Origin: Bacteroidota bacterium
GTDB lineage: Bacteria > Bacteroidota > Ignavibacteria > UBA10030 > BY39
Assembly (NCBI GenBank): GCA_018830765.1
Contig: JAHJRJ010000003.1
Span: 1-37,239 of the forward strand
Direction: 5' to 3'
DNA length: 37,239 nucleotides
The notes under the pieces are model-generated. The model saw only the letters and a list, made by a program, of their open reading frames with translations, was not told where the DNA came from and did not search any database. This document shows positions 32,697 to 37,239 of this stretch, in pieces. Within the stretch, counting starts at the first letter, position 1, and each line of letters opens with the position of its first letter. A program made the position numbers and the translations under genes.

Positions 32697-34766
32697 CTAG
32701 TTCTCAAATTCCCACGTAATTCCAAATCGTAAAGAACGGTCTTGAATGGGATAGAATGTTGTAACCGCATATTGATTATTTAGTACGTTCTCGAGAATTA
32801 TATGAACTACAGCACTGCCGATTTTACCGATAAGCATCGCATCGAAACTGCCGCCCGTGCCTAATTCGTAACTGATACTCGGTACTAGAAGTCCGACTTG
32901 TGGATTGAATTCAAAACCTTTTTGTTTAGATACAACTCTACCGCGTACCGCAGCTTTTAAGTCGAGGTGGTTATCAAAAAAAATATCCCGGAACAACAAC
33001 TCGCCTGATGTAAAATATTTCGGATATTGATTATCGGTGTCTAAAATTTTCTGAGTTATAAAATAAGTTGTGTTCAAGCTTCCTGAAAATTTCCAAATAT
33101 TCAGGGTAAGTGATGAATTGATACCTGTAAGGACAGACCGACCGGCATTCAAGAACTCCAATCCGGGGAATGGAAAGTCAACAGTTTTAGGTTTAATATA
33201 AATTGTGTTATCTATTTTTCTGCTGAAAATATTTGTTTTCAAAGTCAGCATTTTATCAAATCGAAATTCGAATCCAGATTCGAACAAATTGTGTCGCTCG
33301 GGTTTGAAATTTCCGATTTCGCCTGTTACTGTAATGTCCCGCCAGTACAATTCTTGAAAAGTCGGATAACGATACGATTTCGAATATCCAGCATTGAGCG
33401 TAAAATGATCTGTCAGCTTAAAATTAACATCGCCACCGTAACCGAGTGTGGAGTTGTTCAGATAATTATCGTAACGCGAATAAGCGCTGGTAGACATTAA
33501 ATCCGATGGAATAAAATCTCCCTTACCGAAAATGCTAATCAGTTTACTCGACTTGTAGCCTGTATTGGGACTTTGTAGAATTTGCCGGGATTGTATTTCG
33601 GAACCTAAATCTAATTTGATGTAATCGCTATTATCTTCTTTTGTTAATAAATTCAGTCGCTGGTCAATTCGAACACCAATCCAACGTGAATGATGATTGA
33701 GTTTCTGGAAGATACCATTGGGCGACCGAGTGTTTTCTTCGTCGCGGTATGACCTCATTTGATTCGAGAGGAAGAAAGTTAAATTTGTTACGGATGTAGA
33801 ATCGGCAAGCCCCGTTATACGGGGCAAGCAGGCGGCAGCGCCCAATTGCAAATCGTTGCGTGCTAATTTCTCGTAAGAGTCCGGATTCTTTACTACCGCT
33901 CGCAAATTATCGTATGTAAAACCGCTCTGAGTTTCATTGACGTTTATACCGCCGTTCAACCCCAATTTATTTTGGTTATATATTTCGCTGATATATATAT
34001 TGAATTTTTCACTTAAATTGTATCGCAGCTTCACGCGCACAAGCCAAGCGTCGTATGCGCTGTTGGTGAACCTGCCATCGTACGATATCCGTTGTACACC
34101 ACTTGAAAAGTTGAGATCAGGCAAAATGTTCTGTGCGAATAAGCCGTCAAAGATTGTTTCTTCATAGTTGGATTCACTATAACGTATCTTTGTGTATGGT
34201 CGCTTTGACGAGTGAAATTTTGGTACGAGGTTAATAACGCCGCCGGTCGCATTGAGACCGTAAATAAATGCCCTGCTTCCGTTAATGTATTCAATCCTCT
34301 CTAATTCTTCCGCGGGGAAAAGATGAAAATTGTAAACACCTATTAGCGATTCGTTCAATCCGATACCGTTTGTCATAACGGCGATAGACCTGCCATCTAA
34401 TCCGTTAATCGTAAGCTGATGAGGTTGTCCGATACTTCCTAAATTATAGAAGAAAGCGCCGGGTAAGTTTTCAATCAAATTACCAGTATATCTGTAATCG
34501 GTGAAAAGTTGAACAGAATCGATAATTGAATTATCTGCTTTATATTCATTTAAAATTCCGACGGATGGAATCGGTGCTACAGTTTTGCTTATTATTTCCG
34601 GACTTCTCAAGTGCTCTATAACAATTGATGTGTCAACAGTTGACGTGTCCGGTGTTTCAAATACGCTAGTAGTGTCCCCAAGAATTACTCCGTTTTGAGA
34701 AAATGTTACGTTAATTGTAAGGAAAATGGAAAATAAAATGGATATGAGTATTTTTGATTTATTCAA
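32697..34766 (-). CDS. TonB-dependent outer-membrane receptor
   Basis: Signal peptide, plug-domain motif ERIEYINGSRAFIYGLNATGGVINLV, a long beta-barrel with alternating aromatic pattern, and C-terminal LRFGITWEF. Confidence 0.85.
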   Translation of the reverse strand: MNKSKILISILFSIFLTINVTFSQNGVILGDTTSVFETPDTSTVDTSIVIEHLRSPEIISKTVAPIPSVGILNEYKADNSIIDSVQLFTDYRYTGNLIENLPGAFFYNLGSIGQPHQLTINGLDGRSIAVMTNGIGLNESLIGVYNFHLFPAEELERIEYINGSRAFIYGLNATGGVINLVPKFHSSKRPYTKIRYSESNYEETIFDGLFAQNILPDLNFSSGVQRISYDGRFTNSAYDAWLVRVKLRYNLSEKFNIYISEIYNQNKLGLNGGINVNETQSGFTYDNLRAVVKNPDSYEKLARNDLQLGAAACLPRITGLADSTSVTNLTFFLSNQMRSYRDEENTRSPNGIFQKLNHHSRWIGVRIDQRLNLLTKEDNSDYIKLDLGSEIQSRQILQSPNTGYKSSKLISIFGKGDFIPSDLMSTSAYSRYDNYLNNSTLGYGGDVNFKLTDHFTLNAGYSKSYRYPTFQELYWRDITVTGEIGNFKPERHNLFESGFEFRFDKMLTLKTNIFSRKIDNTIYIKPKTVDFPFPGLEFLNAGRSVLTGINSSLTLNIWKFSGSLNTTYFITQKILDTDNQYPKYFTSGELLFRDIFFDNHLDLKAAVRGRVVSKQKGFEFNPQVGLLVPSISYELGTGGSFDAMLIGKIGSAVVHIILENVLNNQYAVTTFYPIQDRSLRFGITWEFEN

Positions 34767-34908
34767 ATTTAGAATCTGCCTTTATAAATTTTTGAAAATA
34801 TATGGAAACTTAGACATTTATGCAATTTGATATAATTTTCTAAACTTAATCCAGAACGACATAGAAGAAATGGGGGGAAGAGTGATGATGAAGTGGAATG
34901 TTTATATT

Positions 34909-35766
34909 TTATTGTTCTATTGCAGATGGATTGAATCCTGGTCTAGTTAAGCAGGTTTGATAATTTTCTTTGAGTGAAGCTGTCGCGACTATTGCAGCTT
35001 GCTCATTATTAAAAAATGCATACACAGATGACCCGCTTCCTGACATCTGTACGAAATCGGCATCGTAACGGTACAAACTATTCTTAAGCTCATCGATTTC
35101 TCTATGTTTTTCTAAAACTAAATCTTCAAAATCGTTTTGAATTTTCTCTTTTAATTTTTTGGGATGGTTAATATGCTTTATTAAAATGTCTTTCAAACTT
35201 TCGTTATCAACCACGGATTTCAGCTTCAGGTTACCGTATGCCCAAGCTGTCGATATGTGAATGTTAGGATAGACGAGGACAATCCAGTAAGGTACATCGA
35301 GTTCAAAGTATTCAAGCTTTTCACCCCTGCCGGTCGCGTAGGCAGTCCCTTTTTCAAGGAAGTAAGGCACGTCGGATCCGAGTTGAGATGCGAGTAGAAA
35401 TAAATCCTCTTTTGTTATGTCAATTTCCCAAATTTTAGACAAGTTCAGTAAAACACAAGCAGCGTCCGAACTACCGCCACCCAATCCGGCACCACCGGGA
35501 ATATTCTTTATTAATTTGAGATGAACGCTGGCAGCTACATTATATTTCACTTTCAATAACTTAGCTGCTCGAATACATAAGTTGGTGTCATCGGTTGGGA
35601 TATTCGGCTCCCCACATTCTAAAGAAATACTGCCGGAATTTTCGAACATAATTTCGTCAAACAGATTTATTCTGTGGAAGACGGTTTCGATGTCGTGGAA
35701 GCCATCGTCCCTTTTGCGTAGGATTCTAAGTCCTAAATTGATTTTTGCATAAGCTTTTGCTATCAT
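34909..35766 (-). CDS. ispE: 4-diphosphocytidyl-2-C-methyl-D-erythritol kinase
   Basis: MIAKAYAKINLGLRI start and GHMP kinase motif IPGGAGLGGGSSDAA. The ORF is open up to 35997, but the 77 extra codons have no IspE counterpart. Confidence 0.9.
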   Translation of the reverse strand: MIAKAYAKINLGLRILRKRDDGFHDIETVFHRINLFDEIMFENSGSISLECGEPNIPTDDTNLCIRAAKLLKVKYNVAASVHLKLIKNIPGGAGLGGGSSDAACVLLNLSKIWEIDITKEDLFLLASQLGSDVPYFLEKGTAYATGRGEKLEYFELDVPYWIVLVYPNIHISTAWAYGNLKLKSVVDNESLKDILIKHINHPKKLKEKIQNDFEDLVLEKHREIDELKNSLYRYDADFVQMSGSGSSVYAFFNNEQAAIVATASLKENYQTCLTRPGFNPSAIEQ

Positions 35767-36120
35767 AGTTTCAGATAAAATACAAATAGCAGAATAAAAA
35801 TCCAAAGATTGGAATAGATCTGTGGTTAAAATTTTCACGCAAAGTGCGCAAAGCTCATCATTAAACCTGAGATGCAAAGCCCGCAAAGAGTAGGAAATGT
35901 CGAGCTCTACACATCCGTTACGTGAAAAATATTTTATTATGGAATGAAAAGTGTCGATTACTTTATCCGCAAAAACAGACTCGCAATGACTTACCAAATC
36001 TCTCCGCTCATTGCTTCCGCCTGCGGCGGACTCTTTGCTATTCAGCGTTCACTGCGGTTGATAATTTCCTTTTTAGTCAGATAAATATTAATTTAGTTCA
36101 AAAAAGAATAGGTTATTAAA

Positions 36121-36468
36121 ATGTTCGAACATCATCGCTCACCCTTGCTAACAAAGCCGGCTTTTATGCTGCGTTTACTCAAGCATTTTTTCGTTTCCTT
36201 CGTCGTGCTTGCGGTCTCGCTTGGTCTCGGTACATTAGGTTATCATCTCACAGAAAATTTACCCTGGATTGATGCATTGCTCAATGCCTCAATGATCCTA
36301 ACAGGTATGGGTCCGGTTAACGAAATGCACACCGGTTTGGGAAAATTGTTTGCATCCTTCTACGCTCTATTCAGCGGAGTGATATTTCTATCATTAGTTG
36401 CTATACTTTTGGCTCCGCTGGTTCACAGATTTTTACATAAGTTTCATTTGGACATAGAAGATAAATAA
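36121..36468 (+). CDS. Small membrane protein with 2TM pore-loop (K-channel-like) topology
   Basis: TM1 (FVSFVVLAVSLGLGTLGY), pore-helix-like LPWIDALLNASMILTGMGPV, TM2 (LFASFYALFSGVIFLSLVAILLAPLV). A canonical TVGYG filter is absent. Confidence 0.5.
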   Translation: MFEHHRSPLLTKPAFMLRLLKHFFVSFVVLAVSLGLGTLGYHLTENLPWIDALLNASMILTGMGPVNEMHTGLGKLFASFYALFSGVIFLSLVAILLAPLVHRFLHKFHLDIEDK

Positions 36469-36469
36469 T

Positions 36470-37239
36470 ATGTTTTCTACACGAACAAACTGGAATTTTA
36501 CTCCTAACAAAATATCAAGATTAATTGAAGATAGACGGAGAAAGGGATTGCCTATCATGGATTTAACGGAATCGAACCCGACTCGCTGCGGTTTTGATTA
36601 TCCGCAGGTGGAGATTCTTGAGGCTCTCTCGAATCCGGAGAATTTATTATACCAACCCGACCCGAAAGGTTTGTTAAAGACTCGAATAGCTGTAACAGAT
36701 TATTACTCAGTTTACAATATCGAAGTCAACCCTCAAAATATTTTTCTAACATCGAGTACGAGTGAGGCATATACTTTTATTTTTCGTCTTTTGATGAATG
36801 TGGGAGATGAAATCCTAGTCCCCAAACCGAGCTATCCACTAATCGAGTATTTAGCTCAAATAAACGATGTCGATATCAAATACTATCATATTCTTTACGA
36901 CGGCGAATGGCATATCGATTTCGAATCAATCAAAAAGAATATTTTAAAAAATACAAAAGCTATTTTACTTATACATCCCAATAATCCTACCGGCTCATAT
37001 ATCAAAAAAGAAGAATACAAAACTCTTGTAGAGATTTGTGCTTCCCACAATTTAGCTTTAATAGCAGATGAGGTATTTTTAGATTATTCATTTTATGAAG
37101 ATGATTCACGGGTAAACAGTTTCGCGGATAAAAAAGATGTTCTTACATTTTCGGTCAGCGGTATTTCGAAAATACTCGGATTACCACAGATGAAATTAGC
37201 TTGGATAGTCGTAAGCGGGGAAGAGGAAGTCTGGCGCGA
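36470..37239 (+). CDS. Class I/II PLP-dependent aminotransferase (5' part; runs off the window)
   Basis: Open frame from ATG 36470 to the window end. Motifs: DLTESNPT, YQPDPKGL, SSTSEAY, LVPKPSYPLIEY, IHPNNPTG, ADEVF, and PLP-lysine context SVSGISKILGLP. Absent from the ORF track because it has no stop. Confidence 0.85.
   Translation, partial: MFSTRTNWNFTPNKISRLIEDRRRKGLPIMDLTESNPTRCGFDYPQVEILEALSNPENLLYQPDPKGLLKTRIAVTDYYSVYNIEVNPQNIFLTSSTSEAYTFIFRLLMNVGDEILVPKPSYPLIEYLAQINDVDIKYYHILYDGEWHIDFESIKKNILKNTKAILLIHPNNPTGSYIKKEEYKTLVEICASHNLALIADEVFLDYSFYEDDSRVNSFADKKDVLTFSVSGISKILGLPQMKLAWIVVSGEEEVWR

Noticed and set aside
34767-34908. Riboswitch (cobalamin or TPP) in the leader of the TonB-dependent receptor gene
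   Set aside because: The spacer is about 140 nt, very AT-rich, and lacks the GC-rich conserved cores of those riboswitches as far as I can recall them.
35767-35997. 77-codon N-terminal extension of the ispE ORF
   Set aside because: IspE homologues begin at the M-x-x-x-AxAKINLxL motif, found here at ATG 35766. The extension has no homologous counterpart and spans the AT-rich promoter region.

Overview
Low-GC (by eye about 38-40%) bacterial chromosome segment. It uses strong Shine-Dalgarno sites and sigma-70 and sigma-54 type promoters. Gene content resembles the FCB superphylum, possibly Ignavibacteria; that placement is inference only. All protein calls rest on motif recognition in the supplied translations, with no database search. 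Most of the window is housekeeping or core metabolism: radC, phoH, mazG, rpmE, rsmB, efp, accBC, gcvH-gcvPA, ispE, tRNA-Thr. Other blocks: (i) a receiver / histidine kinase / sigma-54 activator module, followed by a consensus -24/-12 promoter driving a STAS-ExbB-ExbD-ExbD-TonB-PstS-like-TPR cluster. (ii) A threonine/glycine/acetyl neighbourhood with a Tdh-like dehydrogenase, AcpS, an AcsA-like ligase, a stand-alone carrier protein tightly coupled to a Kbl-like alpha-oxoamine synthase, and a second Kbl paralogue. (iii) A three-gene minus-strand restriction-modification-like island between the two Kbl paralogues: an alpha-order SPPY methyltransferase, an unknown 71-aa ORF and a TdeIII-like nuclease. 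(iv) A HicB antitoxin with a decayed HicA toxin. Non-coding DNA is unusual: most longer intergenic spacers carry degenerate 7-bp-periodic tandem tracts. There is also an interlocking-palindrome tandem array upstream of efp, a 163-bp element bounded by 16-bp inverted repeats, and two tRNA 3'-end-like fragments after tRNA-Thr. I found no unambiguous wholly new multi-gene system. The best candidates are the carrier-protein-linked oxoamine synthase module, the sigma-54/STAS/Ton cluster, the 71-aa ORF inside the R-M operon, and the heptad-repeat architecture.
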